Part shown: piece by piece, positions 1-13,239 of the stretch | Numbering within the stretch: the first letter of the stretch is position 1 | Layout of the letters: every line of letters begins with the position of its first letter | Assembly (NCBI GenBank): GCA_963803275.1 | Contig: CAWDLS010000001.1 | Coordinates: 17,487-81,486 of the forward strand | DNA length: 64,000 bases | Reading direction: 5' to 3' | Source: an uncultured Gammaproteobacteria bacterium | GTDB lineage: Bacteria; Pseudomonadota; Gammaproteobacteria; UBA9214 | Position numbers and translations under genes: made by a program | Notes under the pieces: model-generated | What the model was told of the DNA's origin: nothing | Database searches by the model: none | Seen by the model: the letters and a program-made list of their open reading frames with translations, nothing else

Positions 1-1097
1 TCGCGCCCGGCCGCGACGTCGTTGACCTTGATATAGGCGAGTCCCTGCGCGCCGTACTTGCCGACGAGCGCGGTGTAGTCGTCGATGTCCTTGCGGCTGA
101 TCGCGCCGCCACCCGGCACGCGCAGCGCCGCGACGCGCCCGTCGGCGTCGTTCGCCGGGCCGGCGAACACCTTGAAATCCACCTGTCTGCATCAGGTCGC
201 CGAGATCGACCAGCTCGAGCGGGATGCGCAGGTCGGGACGATCGGTGCCGAAGCGGCGCATGGCCTCGTGCGTAGGTCATGCGCGGAAACGGGTCCGGCA
301 GATCGACGTTCAGCACGTCGCGAACAGCTCGCGCATCATGGTCTCCATGAGGTCCATGATGCCGTCTTCGTCCAGGAACGAGGTCTCGATATCGAGCTGG
401 GTGAACTCCGGCTGGCGGTCGGCGCGCAGGTCCTCGTCGCGGAAACAGCGCGCGACCTGGTAGTAGCGGTCCACGCCGCCCATCATCAGCAGCTGCTTGA
501 ACAGCTGCGGCGACTGCGGCAGGGCGAAGAACTCGCCCGGGTGCGTGCGGCTCGGCACCAGGTAGTCGCGCGCGCCTTCCGGCGTCGAGCGGGTCAGGAT
601 CGGCGTCTCGACGTCGATGAAGCCGTGCGCATCCAGGAAGCCGCGCAGGGCGCGCGTGATGCGTGCGCGCAGGCGCAGCCGGTCCTGCATCTCCGGCCGG
701 CGCAGGTCGATGTAGCGGTAGCGCAGCCGGCTCTCCTCGCTGACATCGTCGTCGTCGAGCTGGAACGGCGGCGGTCTCGGCGGCATTCAGCACCTCGAGC
801 GCCTGGCCGCAGCACCTCGACCTCTCCGGTCGGCAGCTCGCGGATTGACGCGTGCCCTCGGGACGGCGCCGCACCCGGCCGCGTCACCTGCAGCACGTAT
901 TCGTTGCGCACGCGCTCGGCGGTGGCGAAGGCCTCCGGCGTGTCGGGATCGAACACCACCTGCACCAGGCCGCGCGTGATCGCGCAGGTCGATGAAGATC
1001 ACGCCGCCGTGGTCGCGCCGGCGGTGCACCCAGCCACACAGGGTCACCTCCTGGTCGAGGTGGGCTGTGTCAGTTCACCACAGTAGAGGCTGCGCAT
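1..1097 (-). CDS. aspS: Aspartate--tRNA ligase, 5' part (runs off window; several indel frameshifts)
   Basis: Fragments across frames: [98 protein letters not shown] at 1097. Confidence 0.95.
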
Positions 1098-1149
1098 GGC
1101 TGGTTCCGGTCGACGGCATTGGAAAACGTAAAATGGTACGGGCTTGGGT

Positions 1150-1485
1150 GAGGGGGTGCAATATCGGCCTGAACCTGCTCACCTTTTGGTCTTGGTATCC
1201 TTGACCGGGCCGGTCGCGGCAGCCGGCTTGCCGGAGTCGCCCTTGTCCGGCTTGCCGGCGGCGCCCTTGTCCGTCTTGTCGCCCTGGACGACATTTTTTC
1301 TCTGCCGGTCTTGAAGTCGGTCTCATACCAGCCGCCGCCCTTGAGGCGAAAGGCGGATGGCGAAACCAGCTTCTTGAGTGTCTCGGCCCCGCACTCCGGG
1401 CAGTGGGTCAGCGGGGCCTCATTGACCTTCTGCAGGTTATCAAGGTATACCCGCAGGCACTGCACCGGTATTCATAGATTGGCAT
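1150..1485 (-). CDS. FmdB-family zinc-ribbon protein (frameshifted; 3' end approximate)
   Basis: ATG at 1485 gives MPIYEYRCSACG; the adjacent frame gives PLTHCPECG...AFRLKGGGWYETDFK. Usual position upstream of aspS. Confidence 0.88.
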
Positions 1486-1641
1486 GCGTATATCCCGTCA
1501 ATGGACCTGATTTCCGGGCCGGCGCATTATACAGGCCGCGCGGCCTGAATACAGTGTCATGGTGCCGCGGCCGCGGACCCGGTACCGCCTGCGCGCCGAT
1601 TCTGTGACAATAGGGTGCTCCGTTTCCAGGCGAACCCCGTC

Positions 1642-3466
1642 ATGCACATACCGCCGACCGACATGCCCGGCAACGCCGGCCACGACATCAGGACACTGCG
1701 CTCCCTGGTGCCGTTTCTGTGGGCATACCGCGGCCGCGTGCTGCTGGCGCTCGGTTTCCTGGTGCTGGCGAAGGTGGCCAATGTGGGCATCCCGCTGGTG
1801 CTGAAGCAAATCGTCGACAGTCTGGATGCCGGCAAGCACGCCACCCTGGCGCTGCCGCTGGTCCTGCTGCTGATCGGCTACGGCGCCCTCAAGCTGACCA
1901 GTTCGCTGTTCAACGAACTGCGTGATTCCGTGTTCGCGCGCGTGCGCCACGGCGCCATGCGCCAGGTCTCGGTGAAGGTGCTGGAACACCTGCACCGGCT
2001 GTCGCTGCGCTTCCACCTGGAGCGCAAGACCGGCGGGCTGTCGCGCGACATCGAGCGCGGCACGCGCAGCGTCAGCTCGCTGCTGAACTACATGGTGTTC
2101 AGCATCCTGCCCACGCTGGTGGAGATTACCATGATCGCCGGCATCCTGCTGGCGCGCTACGAGGCCTGGTTCGCCGTGATCACCTTCGTCGCGGTGGTCG
2201 TCTACATCGCGTTCACCATGTTCGATCACCGAATGGCGCATGAAGTACCGCGTCACCATGAATGCCTTCGATTCCAGGGCCAATACCCAGGCCATCGACA
2301 GCCTGCTGAACTACGAGACCGTAAAATACTTCGGCAACGAAGACCACGAACTGCGGCGCTACGAGAGACAGCCTGCACAGCTGGGAGGCCGCGGCGGTCA
2401 AGAGCCAGACCTCGCTGTCGGCACTCAATTTCGGCCAGGCGGCGATCATCGCCGCGGCTGTGACGCTGATCATGATCCTGGCGGCGCAGGGCGTGGTCGC
2501 AGGCCACATGACACTGGGCGACCTGGTGCTGGTCAACGCCTTCCTGCTGCAGCTGTTCATCCCGCTCAATTTCCTCGGCGTGGTGTACAGCCAGCTGAAA
2601 CATTCGCTCGCCGACATGCACCTGATGTTCGAGGTACTGGAGCGCGGGCCGGAAATCACCGACCTGCCGGACGCACCCGCACTGGATGCCGGGCATGGCG
2701 AGATCCGCTTCGAACACGTCTCGTTCGCCTACGAACCCGCGCGCGCCATCCTGCACAACATCAGTCTCGACCGTGCGGCCGGGGCAGAAAGTGGCGGTGG
2801 TGGGCCCGAGCGGGGCCGGCAAGTCGACCATGGCCCGCCTGCTGTTCCGTTTCTACGACGTCACGGCCGGAAGCATCCTGATCAACGGCCAGGATATTCG
2901 CGCGGTCACCCAGGACAGCCTGCGCCGCGCCATCGGCATCGTGCCGCAGGACACGGTGCTGTTCAACGACACGCTGTACTACAACATCGCCTATGCGCGA
3001 CCCGGAGGCGAAGCCGGCGCAGGTATCGAGCGGGCGGCACGCTGGCAAACATGCACGATTTCATCATCGCCCTGCCGCAAGGCTACGACACGGTGGTCGG
3101 CGAACGCGGGCTGAAACTGTCCGGCGGCGAAAAGCAGCGCGTCGCCATTGCCCGCGCCATCCTGAAGAATCCCGCGCATCCTGGTGTTCGACGAGGCCAC
3201 CTCGAGCCTGGATTCACAGTCCGAGCAGCTGATCCTGGAAGCGCTGCGCAAGGCGGCCGCGCATCACACCACGCCTGGTCATCGCCCACCGCCTGTCGAC
3301 CATCGTCGATGCCGACCATATCCTGGTCATGGAGGCCGGCCGCATCATCGAGTCCGGCGTGCACCAGGCGCTGCTGGTGCACAACGGCGTGTACGCCAAA
3401 CTCTGGGCATTGCAGCAGGAGGAACAGCAGCAACTGGAGACGGCACGCGTGACCGGTTCGCTCTGA
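1642..3466 (+). CDS. ABCB/ATM1-like ABC transporter, fused permease-ATPase (frameshifted)
   Basis: TM domain with [24 protein letters not shown] and [13 protein letters not shown]; Walker [10 protein letters not shown]; signature [14 protein letters not shown]; Walker [11 protein letters not shown]. Confidence 0.9.
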
Positions 3467-3490
3467 GGCGGTGTTTTTCACGGGCCGGAA

Positions 3491-3522
3491 ACCGGGAACC
3501 CGCCGGCCGGCGGGTTCCCGGT
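3491..3522. terminator. Perfect 32-bp palindrome between convergent genes, probable terminator or stability hairpin
   Basis: ACCGGGAACCCGCCGGCCGGCGGGTTCCCGGT equals its own reverse complement; no clear U-tract. Confidence 0.55.
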
Positions 3523-3540
3523 ACCGCATTTCAGGTGGAA

Positions 3541-4132
3541 TTACAGATCCATGCGCAGGCCGAGGAAGAGTTCATTATCATCATCGTCACGGAAGTGCTG
3601 TACGCTGCCGGTCAGCGACAGGTCCCTGGTGATACCGACGACGCCCCCGATGCCGTAACCGAAGTCGCCTTCACCGTCCTGGTGCACGCTGGAGACGGTG
3701 GCGTTCACCTCCAGCGACTTGCTCAGCATGGCGCGCAGCGCCGGCCTCGGCCAGGTAGCCGTCATCGCCGTAAGCCGGCACGCCGTTGGTGACCTCGGTG
3801 TCGACGTAGCTGAGGGCACCCAGGACATCGATGGTGTCCGTGATGGCGAAGTGCGCGCCGCCGCCGATCTGGAAGTGGTCGGCGTCGGCATCCGCGGAAA
3901 TGGTCTGGAAGTCGAGAAAGAGCCTGGAATAACCCGCCTTGATGAAGAGGTGATCTGTCATGCCATAGGAGATGTTCACACCGACGCCATTCGCCTTGAC
4001 CATATAGCTGTCGGTGTAGATATAGCCGATCTCGGCATAGGTATATTCAGGTCCCTTGGCGCCGCCGCCTGCTGGGCAGCCGCCGGCAAACACGATGCCC
4101 GCCAGTATGGCTGTCAATCGCTTGTTGATCAT
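3541..4132 (-). CDS. Outer-membrane beta-barrel protein (frameshifted)
   Basis: Signal peptide MINKRLTAILAGIVFA, YTYAEIGY, alternating beta-strand pattern, C-terminal LFLGLRMDL; split over two ORFs. Confidence 0.7.
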
Positions 4133-4334
4133 AACTCCCCTCCTGAAGGTACATGGTAACCCGTATGCGGCGGATGATTCTTTATGAATAACGGAGATAC
4201 TAAGGAATGCCTACCCTGCACACAAGCCTTTTCACCCGCGACGCCCCGCGCGCCGTTGCGATCAGCCCCCTCGCATGGCCGGGATTTTTATGGATAATCA
4301 GATGCCTCGTCACGACAACCCGGCAACCGAACAC

Positions 4335-5160
4335 ATGCACGACAAGACCATCCTGATCACCGGTTGCTCCTCCGGCATCGGACTGTGCGTGGCCCGGGCT
4401 GCAGGCGCGCGGCTACCGGGTATTTGCGACTGCCCGCCGGCAGGAGGACGTGGCCGAGCTCGCCGGCGAGGGACTCGAAAGTCTGCGGCTGGATCTGGCC
4501 GATATGCCTCCATCGCCGCGGCAGTCGACGAGGTTCTCGTCGCGCACCGGCGGCCGGCTCTACGCCCTGTTCAACAACGGAGCCTACGGTCAGCCCGGCG
4601 CGGTAGAGGACCTGTCACGCGAGGTGCTGCGCCTGACAGTTCGAGACCAACCTGTTTGGCTGGCATGAACTGACCAACCGGGTGCTGCCGGTGATGCGCC
4701 GGCAGGGTAACGGGCGGATCATCCATAACAGCTCCGTGCTGGGGTTCGTGGCGCTGCCGTTTCGCGGCGCCTACACCGCCAGCAAGTATGCCCTGGAAGG
4801 ACTGACTGATACCCTGCGCCTGGAATTGCGCGGCACCGGCATCCATGTTGTGCTGATCGAACCCGGACCGATCGAAAGCCGTTTCCGGCAGAATGCCTAT
4901 GCCGCCTACCAGCGCCACATCGATCCGCGATCGAGCGTCCACCGCGGCCGTTATCTGAAAATGGAACAGCGCCTGCTCAAGGAAGGACCGGTCGCGCCCT
5001 TTACCCTGCCGCCGGAGGCGGTATTGAAAAAGGTCATGCATGCACTTGAAAGCCGCCGTCCCCGGGCGCGCTATTACGTCACATTCCCCACCTGGCTGTT
5101 TGCCGTGCTGAAACGGGTATTGACGCAGCAGATGCTGGACAGGGTGCTGTCCGGGTGTAA
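4335..5160 (+). CDS. Short-chain dehydrogenase/reductase (YbbO-like; frameshifted; end approximate)
   Basis: [27 protein letters not shown], catalytic [15 protein letters not shown]. Confidence 0.88.
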
Positions 5161-5256
5161 ACGAAGAAAAGGGGTCTGGAGTCAATTACGTGAACGCATC
5201 GGGAAGATTGGCCGGGATGGTTGCCGTAATCGACTCCGACCCCTGATCCTGGATTC

Positions 5257-7938
<2,682 letters not shown>

Positions 7939-7979
7939 GAATGAGTGCCTCCGCGGCTAGTCATCGGTATATACCACCC

Positions 7980-8010
7980 AGATTGGGTGGTGATTGGCAG
8001 CAAATTCAAG
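7980..8010 (-). promoter_or_regulatory. Candidate sigma-32 promoter of clpB
   Basis: Minus strand CTTGAA-N16-ACCCAATCT resembles the RpoH consensus CTTGAA-N13-17-CCCCATNT, upstream of a heat-shock gene. Confidence 0.5.
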
Positions 8011-8034
8011 CCCGGCGCAACGTCATGCTGCCGG

Positions 8035-8820
8035 TCAGTGCAGGGTCGAATGGGTGACGTAGATCAATAACACGCCGACGGCGATCAACACGATCTGCTG
8101 GACCGCGGCCTTGCCCTCGGTGCGCTGGTGCAGGTTGGGAATGAGATCGGCCACGGCAATGTAGATGAAGCTCGATGCGGCCACGGCCAGTATGTACGGC
8201 AACACCGCTTGCATCTCCTGCAGCGCGAGCCAGGCCAGTACGCCGCCGAACACCGTGGTCAGGCTGGAAAGCATGTTGTAGAGGAAGGCGCGGCGGCGTT
8301 CGAAACCGCTGTGCAACAGTACCGCGAAATCCCCCACCTCCTGCGGAATCTCGTGCGCCGTGACGGCCAGGCTGGTGACCATGCCGAGATGGACATCGGT
8401 CAGAAAGGCGCCGGCGATCAGGATACCGTCGAGAAAGTTGTGCAGGCTGTCACCGATCAGGATCATCATCCCGGCCGATCGCTGGCGTGCAAGATTGTGC
8501 TGATCGGGCACGTGCACCTCGCAGCGCTCGGCATGGCAGTGTCGCCACAACACCAGCTTCTCCAGCAGAAAGAAGCCCAGCAGTCCCAGCAGTACAGCCA
8601 GCGGAATCGCGTGGGTGTCGCTGCCGGCGACGCCCTCCAGGGCATGCGGCAACAAGCCCAGCAGCGCCGCGCCCAGCAGCGTGCCGGTGGCAAAGCTGAC
8701 CAGGTGCGGTAACAGGTGATTGCGCAGCGATTCGCTGAGTACCAGGAACAGCGCGGCGGCCAGTACGCTGAGCACCCCGCCCAGCAGGCAGAACAGGACG
8801 ATCCAGGTAATCAGTGACAT
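8035..8820 (-). CDS. ZIP-family divalent metal transporter
   Basis: Multiple TM segments; GDSLHNFLDG and AHEIPQEVGDF metal-binding helices; His/Cys loop WRHCHAERCEVH. Confidence 0.93.
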   Translation of the reverse strand: MSLITWIVLFCLLGGVLSVLAAALFLVLSESLRNHLLPHLVSFATGTLLGAALLGLLPHALEGVAGSDTHAIPLAVLLGLLGFFLLEKLVLWRHCHAERCEVHVPDQHNLARQRSAGMMILIGDSLHNFLDGILIAGAFLTDVHLGMVTSLAVTAHEIPQEVGDFAVLLHSGFERRRAFLYNMLSSLTTVFGGVLAWLALQEMQAVLPYILAVAASSFIYIAVADLIPNLHQRTEGKAAVQQIVLIAVGVLLIYVTHSTLH

Positions 8821-8865
8821 GGGCTGGCTTCACGCGCTCGGGAGGCGGTCATGATACGCACGCGC

Positions 8866-9606
8866 TCACGGCCCCGCCAGCCACACCAGTGTCGCCATGC
8901 GCCCGGTGATCCCGTCACGGCGATAGGAATAGAAGCGCTCGCTATCCCGGAACGTGCAGCCGCCGCCGCCGTACACCGCCGTCACCCCGCAGGCCGCCAG
9001 CCGCTGCCGTGCCAGGCGGTAGAGGTCGGCAAACCAGCGCGCATCTGCGCCTGGCGTGAAGGCGCTTGCCGCCCGTGCATCCTGTGCCACGAAGGTATCG
9101 CGCACCTCCGCGCCCACCTCGAAAGCCGCCGGGCCGATGGCCGGACCCAGCCACGCCAGCAGTTGCTGTGCCGGCGCCGGCACGTGCCTGACCGTCGCCT
9201 CCAGCACACCGGCCGCCAGTCCGCGCCAGCCGGCGTGCGCCACCGCCACGCAGCACCCGGTGCGATCGGCAAGCAACACCGGCAGGCAGTCCGCCGTCAG
9301 TACCGCGCAGACGATACCGGGCTGTGCACTCCAGGCGGCATCGGCCCGTGGCCTGCCACCGGCCCGCGCCGCGTCGATCACCTCGATACCGTGGACCTGT
9401 TGCAACCAGACCGGCTCCGCCGGGAGCGCCAGTGCACTGTGCAGCCGGGCACGGTTGGCTGCCACGGCGGCGGCATCGTCCCCGACATGATCGGCCGGGT
9501 TCATGCTGCGCCAGGGTCCGCGGCTGACCCCGCCGTGCCGCGTGGTGGTCACCGCGCGCACCCCGCGCGGCGCCGGCCAGTCCGGCACAAGCCAGTCATG
9601 CACCAT
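8866..9606 (-). CDS. pgeF: Peptidoglycan editing factor PgeF (YfiH)
   Basis: WLQQVHG, VLTADCLPVL, AHAGWRGL, FYSYRRDGITGRMA; downstream of rluD. Confidence 0.95.
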   Translation of the reverse strand: MVHDWLVPDWPAPRGVRAVTTTRHGGVSRGPWRSMNPADHVGDDAAAVAANRARLHSALALPAEPVWLQQVHGIEVIDAARAGGRPRADAAWSAQPGIVCAVLTADCLPVLLADRTGCCVAVAHAGWRGLAAGVLEATVRHVPAPAQQLLAWLGPAIGPAAFEVGAEVRDTFVAQDARAASAFTPGADARWFADLYRLARQRLAACGVTAVYGGGGCTFRDSERFYSYRRDGITGRMATLVWLAGP

Positions 9607-9692
9607 AAGAAAATACCTCCATATAAGCGCGCAATACGTTGATTAACCTTGCATAATCATCCGACGATCCGGCATTCCTGCTGACCGTCCCG

Positions 9693-10661
9693 TCACACCC
9701 CATCAGGCGATCCCTCAGCATCCTCGCGCAACACGTTGACAAGACAAGCCATATCGTCAGGCAGCCCGGCCTCCCAGCCGACCGTCTCGCCGCTGGCCGG
9801 ATGCTGCAGTTCCAGTCGTGTTGCATGCAGCGCCTGGCGTTTGAATGCGGCCAGTGCCGCCCGCAGATCGGGGCTGGCGCCGGCCGGCAGGCGCAGGCGT
9901 CCACCGTACACCGGATCACCGGTGACCGGTGTGTGGTTGTATGCCATGTGGACGCGTATCTGGTGGGTACGGCCGGTTGCCAGGCTGACGCGCACCAGCG
10001 TGTGCGCACGGTAGCGTTCCTCCACCCGGAAGTGCGTCACCGCTTCCTTGCCACCCGGGGTTACCGCCATGCGCTTGCGGTCCACCGGATGCCGGCCGAC
10101 GGGGACATCGATGGTGCCACCGCCGGTCAGTACTGTGTTGACCACGGCCAGGTACTCGCGCCGGACGCGGCGCGCCTGCAGTGCATCGACCAGCCGTTTG
10201 TGGGCGGTCAGGTTGCGCGCGACCACCATGAGGCCGCTGGTACCCTTGTCGAGCCGGTGCACGATGCCCGCACGCGGCAACGCGGCCAGCGCAGGGTCGT
10301 GGTGCAGCAGGGCGTTCAGCAGGGTGCCGGCGGGATTGCCGGCCGCCGGGTGCACCACCAGCCCGGCCGGCTTGTTGATCACGAGCAGGTCGGCATCGGC
10401 ATGGCGCACGTCCAGCGCGATCGGCTGCGGCTCGGCGCCGGTTTGCTCAATGAGCTCCGCCTCGATCCGCACAACCTCGCCGCCGCTGACCTTTTCCCTG
10501 ACCTGCGCCACCCGCTCGTCCAGTGTCACCTGTCCGGCCCGGATCCACTGCTGCAGGCGCGAGCGCGAGTATTCCGGGACCAGTTCGGCCAGCACCAGGT
10601 CGAGGCGGCGACCGCGCAGGGTATCCGGGATGGTCACTTGCAGCTGTACAGTCGGCATCAT
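9693..10661 (-). CDS. rluD: 23S rRNA pseudouridine synthase RluD
   Basis: S4 domain, INKPAGLVVHP, GIVHRLDKGTSG, TGRTHQIRVH, RQALHA. Confidence 0.96.
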   Translation of the reverse strand: MMPTVQLQVTIPDTLRGRRLDLVLAELVPEYSRSRLQQWIRAGQVTLDERVAQVREKVSGGEVVRIEAELIEQTGAEPQPIALDVRHADADLLVINKPAGLVVHPAAGNPAGTLLNALLHHDPALAALPRAGIVHRLDKGTSGLMVVARNLTAHKRLVDALQARRVRREYLAVVNTVLTGGGTIDVPVGRHPVDRKRMAVTPGGKEAVTHFRVEERYRAHTLVRVSLATGRTHQIRVHMAYNHTPVTGDPVYGGRLRLPAGASPDLRAALAAFKRQALHATRLELQHPASGETVGWEAGLPDDMACLVNVLREDAEGSPDGV

Positions 10662-10741
10662 GCAATCATCGAGATTGGGTTATACTCTCGCGGCGCCGGT
10701 AGCGGCGCCCGCTCCCGGAACATTTTGACACATCACAAGCA

Positions 10742-11554
10742 ATGCGATTGACGAGTTTAATCCTGGCCGCCCTGCTGCTGGTTTCCGGCGGGTGCTCCCT
10801 GCTCCCCGACCAGGTCGACAAGACCAAGGACTGGTCCGCCAACCAGCTCTACAGTGCGGCCAAGGATGAGCTGACGCAAAAGAACTACGAACAGGCGATC
10901 AAGTACTTCGAAAGCCTCGAGTCCCGCTACCCGTTCGGCAAGTTTGCCCAGCAGGCACAGCTGGAGATCGCCTACGCCTATTACAAGTTTGATGAACCCG
11001 ACCTGGCACTGGCGGCGGCTGACCGCTTCATCAAGATCTATCCGCGTCACCAGAACGTGGATTATGCCTGGTACCTGAAAGGACTGGTCAACTACAGCCG
11101 CGGGAAGTCGGTGGTCGACCGGTTGCTGCCGCAGGACCCCACCGAGCGCGACACCGTCACCATGCGCACGGCCTATGATGACTTCAACCAGCTCTTGCAA
11201 CGCTACCCGGACAGCATCTACGCCAGGGACGCCGCCCAGCGCATGATTTACCTGCGTAACAGCATGGCGGAGTACGAACTGCATGTGGCCGACTATTACA
11301 TGCGGCGCAAGGCCTATGTCGCGGTCGTCAACCGCTGCAAGTACGTGATCGAGAATTTCCAGCGCACCCCGTCCGTGCCAAACGCACTGGTGTACATGGT
11401 ACGCGCCTACCGGATACTCGGCGCCGATGACATGGCCGCGGATGCACTGAAGGTACTGCGTCTCAACTACCCGCAAAGCCCCGACCTTGCCCTGCTGGAC
11501 GCACCCGGTGGCTACCCGGCCGATCAGTCACCCTCGATCTGGAAGTTCTGGTAG
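10742..11554 (+). CDS. bamD: Outer membrane assembly lipoprotein BamD
   Basis: Lipobox LVSGGC, YPFGKFAQQAQLEIAYAYYK, ADYYMRRKAYVAVVNR; divergent from rluD. Confidence 0.95.
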   Translation: MRLTSLILAALLLVSGGCSLLPDQVDKTKDWSANQLYSAAKDELTQKNYEQAIKYFESLESRYPFGKFAQQAQLEIAYAYYKFDEPDLALAAADRFIKIYPRHQNVDYAWYLKGLVNYSRGKSVVDRLLPQDPTERDTVTMRTAYDDFNQLLQRYPDSIYARDAAQRMIYLRNSMAEYELHVADYYMRRKAYVAVVNRCKYVIENFQRTPSVPNALVYMVRAYRILGADDMAADALKVLRLNYPQSPDLALLDAPGGYPADQSPSIWKFW

Positions 11555-13182
11555 CCGCTGGTGATCGGGTAGCGCCGGTCACGGCCGAATGCGCGCCGCG
11601 AAATGCGTACCCCCGGTGGTGCCTGGCGGCGCTTGTATTCGTTGCGGTCGACCATACCGGCGACACGCGCCACCACCGCGGCATCGAAGCCTTCCGCCAC
11701 GATGCGCTCGACGCTCATGTCCCGCTCGATATAGCGCTCCAGGATCGGGTCCAGCACCTCGTAGGGCGGCAGGCTGTCGGCATCCTTCTGGTCCGGCGCC
11801 AGTTCCGCTGACGGCGGGCGCGCCAGCACGCGTTGCGGTATCACGTCACCCAGGCCGTTGCGGTAGCGTGACAGGCGGTATACCAGCAGTTTCGGTACAT
11901 CCTTGAGCGGTGCGAAGCCGCCCGCCATATCGCCGTACAGGGTGGCGTAGCCGACCGACATCTCGCTCTTGTTGCCCGTCGTCAGCAGGATGCGGCGCTG
12001 CTTGTTCGAGATCGCCATCAGGATGATGCCGCGACAACGGGCCTGGATATTTTCCTCGGTGGTGTCCACGGCACAGCCCTGAAAGACCGGCGCCAGCACC
12101 TCGAGAAAACTGTTGAACGGCCCCTCGATGGAAATTTCCCGGCAGTGCACGCCCAGCGCCGCCGCCTCCGCACGCGCATCCGCGAGACTCATCGCCGCGG
12201 TGTAGCGCGATGGCATCATCACCGCCTCCACCTGCCCCGCCCCGATGGCGTCCACCGCCAGCGCCAGGGTCAACGCCGAATCAATGCCGCCGGACAGGCC
12301 CAGCACCGCGCCCTCGAAGCCGTTCTTGCGGATGTAGTCGCGCACGCCCAGCACCAGCACGTCATAGACCGCCGCCTCCAGCGTCAGGCGCGGTGCACAG
12401 TCGGCGACAGCCGGCTTCGCCTGTTCGCCGGCCGCGATGTCGACGGCATACAGGCCCTCGACGCAGGCCGGCGCATGCTGCGTCAGCTCGCCGTGCCGGT
12501 CAACCACAAACGAACCGCCGTCGAACACCAGTTCATCCTGGCCGCCGACCAGGTTGACGTAAAGAATGGGCAGGTCGTTCTCGCACGCACGCTGCGCCAG
12601 CAACTGCTCGCGTTCGGAACGCTTGCCGGCATGGAACGGCGAGGCGTTGAGATTAACCAGCAGGCGGGCACCCGCCGCCGCCGCCTGCTGCGCCGGGCCG
12701 GCTTGCCAGATGTCCTCGCAGATGGTTATGCCGACCGGGATATCACCGAGCTGCACGACACAAGGCTGGTCGCCAGCGGAAAAATAGCGCTTTTCGTCGA
12801 ACACGCTGTAGTTGGGCAGCAGCTGTTTCCGGTACAGCGCGATGATGCGGCCGTCGCGGATCACCAGCGCGGCGTTGAACAACAGCCCCCCCTCCTGCAG
12901 CGGACTGCCGACGATCGCCGTGATGCCGCTGATCGTGCGACACAGGCGACCAATCGCGACCTGCACGTGTTCCATGAAATGCGGCCTGAACAGCAGGTCC
13001 TCCGGCGGGTAACCGGTCAGCGCCAGCTCCGGGAACACCACGACGGCGGCCCCGAGTCCGTCGCGCGCCTGCACGCAGGCATCGAGTATCCGGTCGGTAT
13101 TGGCCGGGATGGCGCCGACCAGGAAGTCGAGCTGGGCCATGACGATGCGGAGGCCCGGAGTTTGTTGTTTTGTTGGGGTCAT
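11524..13182 (-). CDS. nadE: Glutamine-dependent NAD+ synthetase
   Basis: Nitrilase domain (FPELALTGYPPEDL, LPNYSVFDEKRYF, ICEDIW) plus synthetase domain (GLSGGIDS, ENIQAR, TTGNKSE, NEYKRRQAPPG). Confidence 0.96.
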   Translation of the reverse strand: MTPTKQQTPGLRIVMAQLDFLVGAIPANTDRILDACVQARDGLGAAVVVFPELALTGYPPEDLLFRPHFMEHVQVAIGRLCRTISGITAIVGSPLQEGGLLFNAALVIRDGRIIALYRKQLLPNYSVFDEKRYFSAGDQPCVVQLGDIPVGITICEDIWQAGPAQQAAAAGARLLVNLNASPFHAGKRSEREQLLAQRACENDLPILYVNLVGGQDELVFDGGSFVVDRHGELTQHAPACVEGLYAVDIAAGEQAKPAVADCAPRLTLEAAVYDVLVLGVRDYIRKNGFEGAVLGLSGGIDSALTLALAVDAIGAGQVEAVMMPSRYTAAMSLADARAEAAALGVHCREISIEGPFNSFLEVLAPVFQGCAVDTTEENIQARCRGIILMAISNKQRRILLTTGNKSEMSVGYATLYGDMAGGFAPLKDVPKLLVYRLSRYRNGLGDVIPQRVLARPPSAELAPDQKDADSLPPYEVLDPILERYIERDMSVERIVAEGFDAAVVARVAGMVDRNEYKRRQAPPGVRISRRAFGRDRRYPITSGYQNFQIEGD

Positions 13183-13239
13183 GGTTTATGAGTCCTACAG
13201 CTATAAGGGACTTCATAATTTCGTGATGAACCATCTTTA

